Assembly: GCF_006345805.1 (NCBI RefSeq)
Contig: NC_042999.1
Coordinates: 173,724,001 to 173,788,000, forward strand
Length of the DNA stretch: 64,000 nt
Direction of reading: 5' to 3'
DNA from: Octopus sinensis
Lineage: Eukaryota
Numbering within the stretch: the stretch's first letter is position 1; each line of letters begins with the position of its first letter. The translations under genes were made by a program, and so were the position numbers. Of the stretch, positions 1 through 13,332 are shown piece by piece. The notes below the pieces were generated by a model. That model saw only the letters and a list, made by a program, of their open reading frames with translations. It made no database searches and was not told the origin of the DNA.

Positions 1-1520
1 TGTGTGTGTGTGTGTTGTGTGTGTGTGTGTCAGGCGATGAAAACTTCTCAGTATCTTTAACATTGTTGGTGTCTTCACGCAATCCTCAAGCTAGCGCCAT
101 CATCTCAAGCACAAGATCCCCAAAATCTTCCGTGCCATTCCATGCATATCCGGTTTTACATCAGAGTGGTCTACTACTAAAGACAAGCTTTGGCAAAACG
201 TAAGGGGCGCCTCACTCGCAGTAGTCTCACTCGCAATTGCTATTGCTACATGTTCCTTGTTCTTTGTTCACACTGTTCATTGTTTCTGGTCCTACTGAGT
301 TTCTAGTTACCCTTCTCACAACGAGACTTTTGTGAAGGCGCCGGTTTAGTCGCCGGCAACCCGACCACGCAAACTGTTCACTGCTTTCCATGTTACCAAT
401 AGTAATCAAAAGAGGTCTCACAAATGACCTAACACACGTGTGTGTGTGTGGTGTGTGTGTGTATCCTTTTCGAGTTCCTTTCTTCTTGACTTTGTTTCTC
501 CCGTCTATCCATCTTATTATTTTCCTCGTTTCTGGCCCGTATTTTCTTAACCCTTTTCTTCCATCATTTAGTTTTATTTTCATACATATATCCTATTCGT
601 TTCTTTATTTATCTGTTTTCATCCCTTTCTTATCATGAAGACACTGAGTTCCCAGGCAAAGATTTATACTTATATACACTAGCCAATACCCGTTAAGTCT
701 ATCTTGGTCTTGTTCGTTGCTATTGTCTTTGTGCTCTGTGCGTGTGCGCGTGTGTGCGTGTGTGTGTGTGTGTGACAGAGAGCGAGAGAGAGAGAGAGTG
801 TGTAATTATATATGTATGTACTGAAACTTACATATGCATGTATATTATATACAAACATATGCGTATGTGTGAGTGTGTTTGTGTGTGTCTGTGTATGTTA
901 ATTGTACAAACATTCTATACATTTTGAAGCTCTTCAAATAATGTCCGTGATTTTCAAAATCTTACAAAACATCTTTGGAATACCAACCACGTTAACGTAT
1001 CCTACTATGGGTTTTAGCCACAGATTAACGCGGTAGAAACCAGTCGATATCCAAAGAAAAATCCTGGAACGATGCAAATGATATAGAATTAATAGACTTT
1101 CAACGTTTTTTAAATCAATATCCTGATACAGCCTAGTTAATTTTCTTCTCCGACCAGACTATTGTGACATAAACACATTTTCAATGACATGATAGTTAAA
1201 ATCATTTCAGAAAAATTTCAACATACAATTGCGATAATACATATACCCAAATATGAGTGTGTATGTGTGTGTGTGTGTATAAGAAGACTAGTATAGACAA
1301 TGACTTCTGAATTTCGGTCAGATAAGTTTTGGTGATCTTCGTGTACATTTTGGTGTTAACTACTGATACCGTTCTAATATATATATATATATATTTATTC
1401 ATGTTTCTAATTATATTTTTTATAAATCGGAGAGTTATAGAGTAAATCACGTACTGGGTATTAAATTAGCACTTATTATACATACATACATACATACATA
1501 CATACATACATACATACACA

Positions 1521-1655
1521 TTCAATCCGTCACTGTAACTGTAAAAATTTATAAAACTTTCCAGAAGTATATCATTTAGATATATAAGAGCATATGTAAC
1601 TATATGCATGAGGATACAAGCATAAACATACAAATCTGCGCATACATACATAACA
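1521..1655 (+). mobile_element. 5'-truncated piece of the RLE-type LINE 3' region (same family as 1670-2144), directly after (ATAC)n
   Basis: TCACTGTAACTGTAAAAATTTATAAAACTTTCCAGAAG... aligns by eye with 1880-2000, 2694-2830 and 48215-48300. Confidence 0.65.
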
Positions 1656-1669
1656 TACCATAACATAAT

Positions 1670-2144
1670 ATGAAGTTAAAGATCAGTGAAAAAGAAAATA
1701 CCTACGCTGAACAATTGAAGAGTCTACAGCTACTCTTTCCAGATTACAAGGTCAGGTATATACCTGTAATTATTGGGATACTGCGATATGTAACACACTG
1801 TCTAAATACCAATTTTGAGAAATTAGGGTTCTCAAAACCAGAAAGGAGAAAGCTGATTCGATGACTACATATCCAATCTATCACTGGAACTGTAAAATTC
1901 TATAAAACTTACCAGAAGTTTATCATTTAAATATATATGATCAAGTCTAGATATGTAACTATATACATGAGAATGCATGCACAAAACATACAAATCTGCA
2001 CATATATACATGTACACATACATACATACAAACAGAAATACCCCGTCGTTGATGTTGAAATTCTAATGAAGGAACGTTGGATCTAGGTTAGAAGCCGGTT
2101 CTTTCTCTATTGGCAAGAAATCTTGAAATAAATTGAATAATGAC
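1670..2144 (+). mobile_element. 3' fragment of a non-LTR retrotransposon with a restriction-like endonuclease (RLE; R4/NeSL/HERO-type): ORF C-terminus plus 3' UTR
   Basis: Translation EKENTYAEQLKSLQLLFPDYKVRYIPVIIGILRYV...KLGF...LIR*LHIQSITGTVKFYKTYQKF fits the RLE C-terminal pattern (EK..KY..L...PI(I/V)IGALG). The 3' UTR ends ...GGCAAGAAATCTTGAAATAAATTGAATAATGAC. Confidence 0.7.
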
Positions 2145-2170
2145 AATCATATGCATATAAAAACATTAAT

Positions 2171-2529
2171 GGTTGTGTGGTAAGAAGCTTGCTTCCCAAC
2201 CACATGGTTCCGGCTTCGGTCCCACTGCGTAGTACCTTAGGCATGTGCCTTCTACAGAAGCCTCGTGCCAACCAAAGCCTTGTCAGAGGATTTAGTAGAC
2301 GGAAACTGAGAGAAACCCGTCGTGTATATATATTTGTGTGTGTATATATATATTTGTGTATATGCTGGTTGGTACATTTACGTCCCCGTAACTTAGCGTC
2401 TCAGCAAAAGAGACCGATAGGATAAGTACTACGCTTACAAAGAATAAGTCTTGGGGTCGATTTATTCCACTAAAAGTGGTGCTCCAGCATGGCCGCAGTC
2501 AAATGAGTGAAACAAGTAGAAGAGTAAAA
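2171..2529 (+). mobile_element. tRNA-derived cephalopod-type SINE with an internal microsatellite
   Basis: Head GTGTGGTAAGAAGCTTGCTTCCCAACCACATGGTTCCGG, central GTAGACGGAAACTGAGAGAAACCCG, (TA/TG)n, tail CCAGCATGGCCGCAGTCAAATGAGTGAAACAAGTA. Three further copies in the window. Confidence 0.85.
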
Positions 2530-2543
2530 CATATATACATACA

Positions 2544-2940
2544 TCCAATGAAAGAGCATTGGATACAGGTTAGAAACCGATTCTTTTTTTATTGGCAAGA
2601 AATCTTGAAATAAACTGAATAATAACATACCTACATACATACATACATACATACATACATACATACATACATACAAACATACATGCATATGTGTATCACT
2701 GTGACTATAAAAATCTGTAAAACTTTCCAGGAGCTTATTATTTAAATATATATGCGCATGTCTAGATATGTAACTATATGCATGAGAATTCATACATAAA
2801 GCAAAACATAGGAATCTGCACATACATATACATACATACAAGCAAAAATACCCTGTAGTTGATGTTGAATTTCCAATGAAGGAGCCTTGAATCTAGGTCA
2901 GAAACCGGCTCGATATCTTGAATTAAAACTGAACAATGAC
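2544..2940 (+). mobile_element. Two more truncated 3' ends of the RLE-type LINE (2544-2626 and 2694-2940) separated by (ATAC)n
   Basis: Both match the 3' UTR of 1670-2144 (AATGAA.GAGC.TTGGAT..AGGTTAGAAACCG...AAACTGAA.AAT.AC) and each is followed by ATAC repeats. Confidence 0.7.
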
Positions 2941-3321
2941 ATACTTAATACATACTTACATGCATACATACATACATACATACATACATACATACATACA
3001 TACAAGCGTACGTATGTCAATTATAAAGAATTTTTTTCCTGAAGTGTATTCTTTTTGTTTTTGAAAGTTGGAACGTTCTCTGTAGTAATATATTTACTCT
3101 TCCAAATATATTATTCTTCGTAGTGTACCTTTTAACAATTTTACTGATATTTTTTTCCTTCCAGAAAGAAATTTTTCACATATCTGAAGAACTGAAGCCT
3201 ACAGAAAAAAAAATGGAAAAAAAACAACATATCATTAACAACATAGATTTGAGGCTATGCGAACTGAATGTTTATTGACGAAGAAAAGTTAGCATAACAG
3301 AAACCGATATTTCAATATAAT

Positions 3322-3708
3322 TACTCTTTTACTTGTTTCAGTCATTTGACTGTGGCTATACTGGAGCATCGCCTTTAGTCGAGCAAATCGACCCCAGGAT
3401 TTATTCTTTGTAAGTCTAGTACTTATTCTATCAGTCTTTTTTGCCGAACCGCTAAGTTACGGGGACGTAAACACACCACCATCGGTTGTCAAGTGACAAC
3501 AGACACACACACATATACACACACATACATAGATATACATATATGCGACAGGCTACTTTCAGTTCCCGTCAACCAAATCCACTCACAAGGCTTTGGTCGG
3601 CCCGAGGCTATAGTAGAAGTCACTTGCCCAAGAGGTAACGCAGGGGGAATGAACCCAGAACCATGTGGTTCGTAAGCAAGCTACTTACCACACAGCCGCT
3701 CCTGCGCC
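3322..3708 (-). mobile_element. tRNA-derived cephalopod-type SINE, full length
   Basis: Reverse-complement match to 2171-2529; 5' end GGCGCAGGAGCGGCTGTGTGGTAAGTAGC. A short second head fragment lies at 3713-3738. Confidence 0.85.
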
Positions 3709-4375
3709 TATGCTTACCACACAGTCACTCCTACACCTATTCTTTAACAAACATTAATAATAAAACATAAATAGTTTTATATTTAAATTTTATTCATAAT
3801 ATATGCATTCAACTACTCCCGTGGTACTTATAAAAAAAATGTTCCTTAATGCATCACTCTACAAATCACATAGAATATACGGTACATCACAAAAGACAAA
3901 CAGAAGGAGTGTATAAAATTATGAATAAAGAGAGAAATATCCAATGATAAAATTTATTTTATCTCTGGATATTCATATTTAAGAATATATTTAAGTATGA
4001 CTATATTACAAACATGAATATTCTACACATATGAATATACTACAATAAATACGAATATACTATAATAAAATAAATTTTATTGTAGTAATTTTAATTTATG
4101 TTTGTATTTATTTACATAGAACTATTCAATTGTCACTCCCAAAATATATAACCTTTTAACTTCAAATATAAATCCCATCCAATGTTCGTGCATTGACTTT
4201 TATTGTTTTCTATCTAACATGTCTATATATAGGGCTGTTTGACAAGGTTATTTTAATGCTTGACGCCAAGCAACCGCATGTGTACGTACATACATATATG
4301 TAGGCGTGAATATATATATATATGCATGCACGAATACATAATCTATAAATATGTGTGTTTGTGTACATGTATATG

Positions 4376-4409
<34 letters not shown>

Positions 4410-4603
4410 GTGCAACAGCAGCAGCAACAGCACGAAAGAGTATTCAATTTTTAATATTTTATCAAGCATACTGCTAGTCTTCATAAATTGGTTTTGATTG
4501 ATCCTGCTTCTTGTTCACCTGAAAATATCTATTACCTGTTTGTGTATGTGCGCATATCTAGATGTGTATGTGTTTTGATGCATGTGCGTGTACGCATGTC
4601 TAG

Positions 4604-4996
<393 letters not shown>

Positions 4997-6439
4997 ATGT
5001 GTCTGTGTGTGTATATAACTGAGCATGTTTGTTATTCTTCCTGAATACTAGTTTTTGAGAAAGGAGAGTTGTCATGCATATCGGTAGTCACGTATTCGTT
5101 ATCGCTAAATCATCTATTGACACACTGGTTTTCAAAATATAAGATTGTCTATTGTGTATGCAGCTTATACTATTTTCTTAAGTCCATGAAACCGCATGAT
5201 TTAGGCGTGCTTTCCTGATAAAACGACTAAGCAAATTCTTTTTTTTCCAAATATTCCTCGATTTTCTTTCTTTGCTTCAGTCTCAGTCGTTTTTCCTGTT
5301 CACTCCACCTAATTGATAACAGCTCCATTGCAGGAATTGAATTCATGTGCTGTGGAATTGACATCAACCATTAACAGGCATAGAATTTTGAATCATGCAC
5401 TCACCTAAGATACAATGAACACGTTTCTCTATCTGTAAATAGTATTTATCTGTAAGAAAACTAAGAGACAAAACGCCACAATATCAGGTGATATGGTTTA
5501 GAATATCCAAACCAATTCACCTGATATCCAAATATATTGCAAATTCAGCAGAGTACATTGATTTGTTTGTAGAGTGTAGAATACCACAACAGTTTTCCGA
5601 AACGATACAAACATGCGTGAACACACACAGAGGCACGCACACACAAACGCATACACGCACACGTGTGTGCATACACACACACACACAAACATCTTTTGTA
5701 GTAAATGAAAGTCTATGATAAGTGATTTTACAAAAGAATTTGTTATTGGTTTTTAAGTGAAATTCTTGCACGGATGTCCTTTCATGGGTTAATCTCCAAC
5801 TGCCAATGGGCTTGAACTGTGTGTGTATAACGCAAAAAATATATTTCTCATACCTTGAGACTAAAATTCGTTAACATTAAAACATTATGTTATGTTTTGT
5901 ACATCTGATTCTTTTGCACACAATAACACCCCACGTAATGTTATGCACGATAAATGTAAGTGCTACGCATGTCCAATGGCTCTCCGTACGCTATTTAAAT
6001 TTGTATTACATGTATGCGAATATTGCTTCTATGATGTTATACGGCTTAACCTATTTTAATAGCGCCAATAATCAGTATCGTGAAAAAAATTCAACGTTCT
6101 TGAACGAACGATTTTTGCCATTTAAGAAAGCACAAAAACTTGTTATATTCCTTTTTTCGAATACTTCCTTTGTGCGTCAGAATTTTTATCGCATTACTGC
6201 ATCTACTCTGGCAGGCAATTCTATTGAAGCTCTCGCGGACACTCACTCATACACATACACACACACACTCACACAGAGGGAATAAAGACAGAGAGAGAGA
6301 GAGGCAGATAAATACATACATACAAACATACATATAGATATAAATTTATACAGAGTTAGAAGACGAGATGCACACATATACATCTACACCTGTATATGTG
6401 TGTGTGTATACATAAATATGTATACACATATTTATATAC

Positions 6440-6484
<45 letters not shown>

Positions 6485-7308
6485 TATATGTATATATAGA
6501 TAGATAGATAGATGTTCATATATATAGGTGTACATGTGCGCGTGTGTGCATGAATGTGTGTGTGCGTGTGTGTGTGTGTGTGAGAGAGAGTGGTAGTATG
6601 TTATTGATACTGTTGCTATTGCAAAGAATGAAAGAAAAGTATAATTTCTATCGGGATTAAAACTTCAACACATGGTAGTTCAAACAGTGACACATTTATT
6701 CTGCCGTACAAGCATAAGTTTATCTATACTGCATATATATATATATATATTATCTGAAATTCTTTTCGAATAATTTTTTTTCTTAAAGAAACACGCCGCT
6801 CACAAGTGAAACTAAAATTAATGTAATCTGATGGTATAATTTCTGTTACGTGTGTTTATGATAAAGGAGTATTTTAACAATGATGCTCACGTGAAGAATT
6901 CAACACATTCATCTTCAAACCCGCTAGTGATAGCATTTATTTACAAGTTAATTTTTCATGTGACTATCCCTGCTCTTGATCATGCACTTCAAAATATGTT
7001 TGAAGCGATTGTCATGCAACAGGAAATTCCGACATTTTTCTTTTTCTCTTTTGCGAACAGACATTCTGCATGACGTATTTAGTCTGTTAGTGAAAGTAGA
7101 AAATGAGAGAATATGTACCACGATTTACCATAGCGTTGACTGTTAACAGAAAGGAGAAGAGGAAAGAATTTTTTTTTTTTTTTTTGAATTAGAAGGGAGA
7201 AAATTAGAAGGAAAAGAAAGAATGAGGAAGAAGTTCGAAATAGAAAAAGACTGGAATAGATAGACAATAATGAGTTTAAAATAATGAATCAGGCGTATAC
7301 ATACAAAC

Positions 7309-7344
<36 letters not shown>

Positions 7345-7926
7345 GTATATATACACATAGGGTCATTAAGTCAATAATAATAACACACGCACTGGTTCAA
7401 TATCATTCTTTATCGTTAGTTAACTATCTAACAAAACTAACTGGTCGATCGTTGCGTAATGCGTTGGTTACACAATTAATCGGTTGTTTGTTCGTCAAAG
7501 TTCTTTCGTCGCACAACCTTCTCCGTGGCCTCCCTCTCTTACTAAGGTTGGCTATGAGTCTGTCTGAGAATTGGTCTTATGTGTGTGTGTGTGTAGATGT
7601 GTTTGCATAGAATAGGAGGTTAGAGTGAGAGTAAGCTAATAATGTGCGTGTGCGCATGTGTGTGTGCGTGGGTTTGTGAGTACACCCGCAACAGTTCGGC
7701 CTTTTGTTCAAGGTAGTTCGGTTCCAGATCTGTTGTAAAGATTTATGGGTGTGGGGTGTAGATCCTTAAGTGGAGGGAAGGGTTTAGGAGAGATCAAGGA
7801 AGTTCTGTATGTGAGCATCTGCGAGCATATTTCGTGGGGAGGTGTATTCGCACGCGCAACCTCCTGGTCTACTGTGTGTGTTCGTGTGGTCGCATCAGGG
7901 GAAGGTGTATGTTCACACACGCGAGG

Positions 7927-7959
<33 letters not shown>

Positions 7960-8596
7960 AAATGCGTGAGTCTTTGATGATGTGTATTCCAGTATGTGCG
8001 TGTGCTTGTCTATTTGGGTCTATGTGCGGTGTGGCGGTTTTTTTAATAGGTAAGCGTATGTGTCTACGCTTGCAGGTGTGAATTCTTGCGTGTGTATATG
8101 GTTTCCTGCCTACGTGTGTGCACGATTATGTCCTTGTGTGCCTATACATGCCTGTGAGTACGTGTGCGTGGGTGTGGCGTGCGTATCTGAATGTGTGTGC
8201 GTGTTCTTGCGTTTTTGTGTGCTTACGTGTAGGTATATATGCATGTCCATCGGCGCGTGCTCATAGATGTCGTACGGTTGTGTATTGGAACTGTTCATAG
8301 CTATATGTATTTGTGCTGATTTGCTTGTATCCGTCTGTCATTCTACTCCTACCTGATCTGTAACTAGCTATACCTACGTGCGTGCAGGTGTATGGATGTG
8401 CATAGACGTGTATTGCAATTGTATGCATTTGGATGTTTTCATTTGTAAGTCATTTCATGCCTTTTGAAGTCGTCTTAAGCTTACGCTTTATATACTTGCT
8501 TACATCGCCACAAAAATGCTCTTCCACACATACACACATACTGACGCATCCACCCTTACACCACACATTTACATAGATAGATAGCTAGACAGATAT

Positions 8597-9316
8597 GTTT
8601 CTGTATTAGCCACACAAGGCTGAACACAGAGGGGGACAAATTATAAAGTAGAGCTTTTATTTTACGGGGAAAAGAAAAGAAAGATAAAAATAAAAAATAA
8701 AAAGGGTGTAGGTTTTCGATCAAAAGGGATCGTTAAAAGAGAGAAAAAACGATCAATAGGGATCGTGTATCACAGAAATGTCATGATGTAAAGTGTAAAG
8801 GGGGAAGCAGATAAGGTTTATCCATGGAAAGAAAAGCCTACGGAAAAGACCACGGTAACATCGGTCAATAATATCACATGTTAACACATTTATTTGCAAG
8901 TAAGCAACTCTCTGTTTTAAATTTTTTCGGGTTCATATGATTATGTTCAAGATGGCTTCGTCATTCATACGTGCCATCCTTGCGACATTCACCCATCTTT
9001 TTTTGAAACATCGCTAGACAAAACTTGCCTCTCTACTCTCACTTTCCTTTTCAAGTGATACTTGAAGAAGTTGATGAGAGATTGACCAGAGAGGAAAGTG
9101 ATTGTCTCTAATCCTTTCAGACGCGTCCACCAGATACATTCTTTCGCCATAGCCACAAGTATGATGAAAATAGCTCTTCCTTTCCGTTTGAAGGAGGAAG
9201 GCGTGACGATATTGACGATAGACTCGGCTGATAAACTGACTCGTCACACACGTGACAGCAGTCGTTCGACATAGCCCAAAGGTCGGAAATGGTTGGACAC
9301 TGCACGAGTCCGTACA
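8597..9316 (-). mobile_element. 5'-truncated L1/Tx1-clade LINE (ORF2 C-terminus plus 3' UTR), embedded in (GATA)n
   Basis: Minus-strand translation VSLSAESIVNIVTPSSFKRKGRAIFIILVAMAKECIWWTRLKGLETITFLSGQSLINFFKYH is colinear with the ORF2 end at 23900-24100 (VQLSAESMIKM...VAVVKECMWRTRMEG...FVSGPGLLTYFRYH). Confidence 0.8.
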
Positions 9317-9364
9317 AATAGATGGACAAATAGATAGATAGATATTTAGATAGATTGATAGATG

Positions 9365-9442
<78 letters not shown>

Positions 9443-10081
9443 AAGACAGACAGCTAGACAGACAGAATCATACATACATATATACATTCATGTATACATA
9501 CATACACATATACATACGCACATACATACATATAATAAATATATGAACGCATGAATATATATGGCAAAGGTGATCAAAGATCAATAGAGTGCATATATAA
9601 ATTATAGTTTGAAACAGAATTAAAATTAAAAATATGGTTAGCTGTTATAGAACAGGTATTTATGATATATAAAGAAGTTTGGGAGGCACAGAAAATTGAA
9701 AATATTTGAATACAAAGTTTGCCAACAGAAATATAAATGAATACAATATGCAAAACTAAAAGCATACATGCGGGTGTCACATGTTTCACAAGAGAAATTT
9801 TATGATGCAAAAAGAAACGAAGTTGCAAATGTCTCTCATAGAGAGGTGGCAATATTCTCAAACATTGTCCAAGGGGAAGGTAGAAAATGTATTGCGGGCT
9901 TGACAAATACATTAATGAATGAAAATGAAATATAATGAATAAATGAGAGACGAAACCCAACACCCGCCGATTGGATTTTTCTCGAAAACATATTTTCTTT
10001 TATACGTAGATTATATACGTAGATTCATACATACAATATCTACATAATACACACATAAGCACACACATATATACGTATATA

Positions 10082-11069
10082 CACAAAGATGCAGGAAGTA
10101 AATAGATACCTTTAATTTTCAAAATGTCTGATCTAAGCGTCTTAATATGTTTTCAGCGGTGTAGAATTTACAATGTAATTATTCTTTGTCATTCCAGGTG
10201 CCATTATATTAAACATGTGCGAAGATTAACAATGCCATGCACAAAAAATTCAGCGGGACTGTCAGATTTTCAAAGAGGTCGTACTGTTGGGCAAACTGAG
10301 GCTGGAAATAGCCAGCGAAAAAATGCCCAAATTCTTTAAATTCCTCTTGCTACTGTTAATAGAATTATATTGTAATTCAAAAGCCATGGAAAAACATCAA
10401 CAGATTCACGTCCTGGCCGACCTGGGCGCTCGAAATGGAAGCTTCGCTGTTTTAAGACAATTGTGGAAGGCTTCTGACATTGCAAAACAGCTAGAAGTTA
10501 GTCCAAGTACGTATGTTACATATCTACATAAGCTTGGGTATTATGGACGAACAGCTAGAAGAAAACCTCTCCTTCAACCAATTAATATTATCAAAAGAAA
10601 GAAATGGGCTAAGGAGATGTCAGAAAATCCACTTCATTTTAGGATAGAGTGATTTCTCAGATGAATCCAGATTTGCTTTATTTTCAGACACTGGACGTGT
10701 TTGGGTCTGGAGGCTTCCCAATCAAGAATTTGTTTTGAAACGACTCTAACTGTGAAACATGGCGGTATCTCTGTAATGGTATGGGGAGCTGTCACCAGCG
10801 ATGGTCGTTCTGAGCTGATCGAATTTGTTGGAACCATAAACTCTGAAACATACATCGAAATACTTAAGCACGCTCACGATAATATAACGAAAAATGAGAT
10901 TTTATTCATGGAAGATAGGGCTCCATGTCACACAGCGAAAAGGAATCAACAATGGCTGACTAAGAATGGGATCAAAAAGCTTCCTTGGCCGAGCCAATCT
11001 CCTGACATGAACTCAATTGAAAATCTTTGGAGCATACTAGATGAAAATCTTTGTGAGCATACTAGATGA
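10082..11069 (+). mobile_element. Tc1-family DNA transposon remnant (left end plus transposase; right end lost)
   Basis: TA followed by CACAAAG... is the probable left end, 150 bp before the transposase ATG. Confidence 0.7.
10232..11069 (+). pseudogene. Tc1 transposase (DD34E), frameshifted
   Basis: N-terminal LSDFQRGRTVG; RKPLLQ; SDESRF; [11 protein letters not shown]; [12 protein letters not shown]; [15 protein letters not shown]. The frames are split across the listed ORFs. Confidence 0.92.
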
Positions 11070-11074
11070 GCTTT

Positions 11075-11180
11075 GTGAAAAGGAGAAAGAAAAGAAAAGT
11101 AAAATTCCGATCAAAAGGGATCGGGTAGAAATTTTTAAAAAAGCGGTCAGAAGGGATCGTGTATCACAGAAGTATTTTGC
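11075..11180 (-). mobile_element. Short 3' UTR fragment of the L1/Tx1 family at 8597-9316
   Basis: CGATCAAAAGGGATCG and GGGATCGTGTATCACAGAA are shared with 8718-8777. Confidence 0.6.
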
Positions 11181-12348
11181 CTGTCTTTTCGTTCTGAGTT
11201 CAAAGTCCACTGAGGCTGACTTTACCTTTCGTGTATCTTATTTCTTTAAGTATTCAATGAAGTTGTTTTTAAATGGCTGTTGAATTAGGTTAAGTTTTCT
11301 CTTTCAGCTTTTTCTGCTTTTCATTTTTAGTTGCTTCCCTTTTCTTTTTAGGTAATTATTTAATCCGGCTGGTTCATTAATGTGTTATATGCATCTGAAT
11401 TTATTGGGGACAGGAATATAGTTATTTTTGGCTGTATCTCTATGGGCAGACCTGAAGGCTTGTAGTAAGGCTGTCCAGAAAGGCATTAGTTAAAAGTGCA
11501 TATAATCTAAATTTTATATTTTAATGGCCAAATCACCTCTACTTAACAAAAGACACAAGAAAAATCATTTTGTTTGCATAAAGGCCGATTCGTATTCTCA
11601 AGGTATCGATAAACACAATTTATCCTTTAAATATCGCTAACCCCTATTATACTTGTTAGTGAACCTACTTAACCTTTTATTACCTCCCCTTAACCTTCCC
11701 ATGTACTAATTAACACAACTTCAGTCCAAATTATAAATTGCTGAACTTTATACTTATCTTACGTACTACGCTAGGTTACTATTTTCCCATAACTTAATTT
11801 CATATGATACAGACTCATTTTACAAGCTATTATTTCCCTATCGATCTTATTATTTTACACCGGAGGTCAACTAGCAATTAGCACGAGATATCTGAACCTA
11901 CGGACACGTTGAATTATGAAACTAACTAATTATAACAACGGGGATTTAACTAACTCTCTTCTCTTCTATCCTCCAACTGACATATCGAATTATAGACTTC
12001 ACTAAAATGTAAGACTATTGAATTAACGATCATATTTCTTATTTTTCGTTTCTCTTCCTCACATATTCTTTCTATTGTCCTTCTATTTATCTTTGCCATA
12101 CAATCGTTCCGATGATGTCTATCAATTGCAACGCGATAGATACAAATTTACCCCAGTTGATATACTGAAACAGCTGTAAACATACCATCTTCTTAATTAA
12201 TTAATGACTTTATAACACAAACGATCCACTTCTCACTGATTATTGCTCCATATATACTGAGGTAATACCAGGAGCGCCAATGGATACATCTATTACCTCT
12301 AACGTATATCTTACACAACACACACACACATATACATATATTTATACA

Positions 12349-12443
<95 letters not shown>

Positions 12444-13206
12444 GTATTTTTCCAGTGGTTTTATTGGTTTAGCACGCGGGTATTTTTATTATAAAGTGGT
12501 ACCACTTATTATAAAGTGGTATTTATCATTCATAATATGCCCTAATTTTACAGGGGTCATTAAAACAAAACACAAACCACCAATCGAATATCCGCACTCA
12601 CTGTAATATGCATGGCTGTGTAATAATCCTATCTGCTTAAGTTTGTCGTGATTTGATCTAGCTTCTTAAAGATCGTAGTTCATATCGTACGTCCCACGCT
12701 GCCAGTGTGAAGCCACATTGCACAGAGTGGCCTCGTCTTTAACCTGATACCACTAAGTTTATCGTCGGAGTTACTAGAAGCTGAGTAAATTTAACGAGTC
12801 TTTCATTAGTTTCCAGTGTTTGTGGAGAACTCTCTAGTGGGAAACTTTTAGAAATATATGAATTCTGCCAGAAAGATTTGTTCTAAATGTGTTGCGCTAA
12901 GACTAAACATCGATAATGCCCAAAGGAAGCAAAGGTTTATGGAATTCACAGATTATATCTTTCTCCTACTCTCTTTGTGTATGTTCGTGTGTGCGTAAGT
13001 ATAGAAACATAAAGATAGAGAAGACAGGGACTGAGATACTAAAAAAAAAGTGGGCACTCTTTTTACGCATACATATGCATACATATATATACACAGACAA
13101 AGACATATACACACACCCATATATATATATATATATATTGTTTATATACATGCGTTTGTAATCTAGTGTGTATATATATAGTTTTACATCATCATTATTT
13201 ACGTAT

Positions 13207-13242
<36 letters not shown>

Positions 13243-13262
13243 TATTTATATATTTACATATT

Positions 13263-13332
<70 letters not shown>

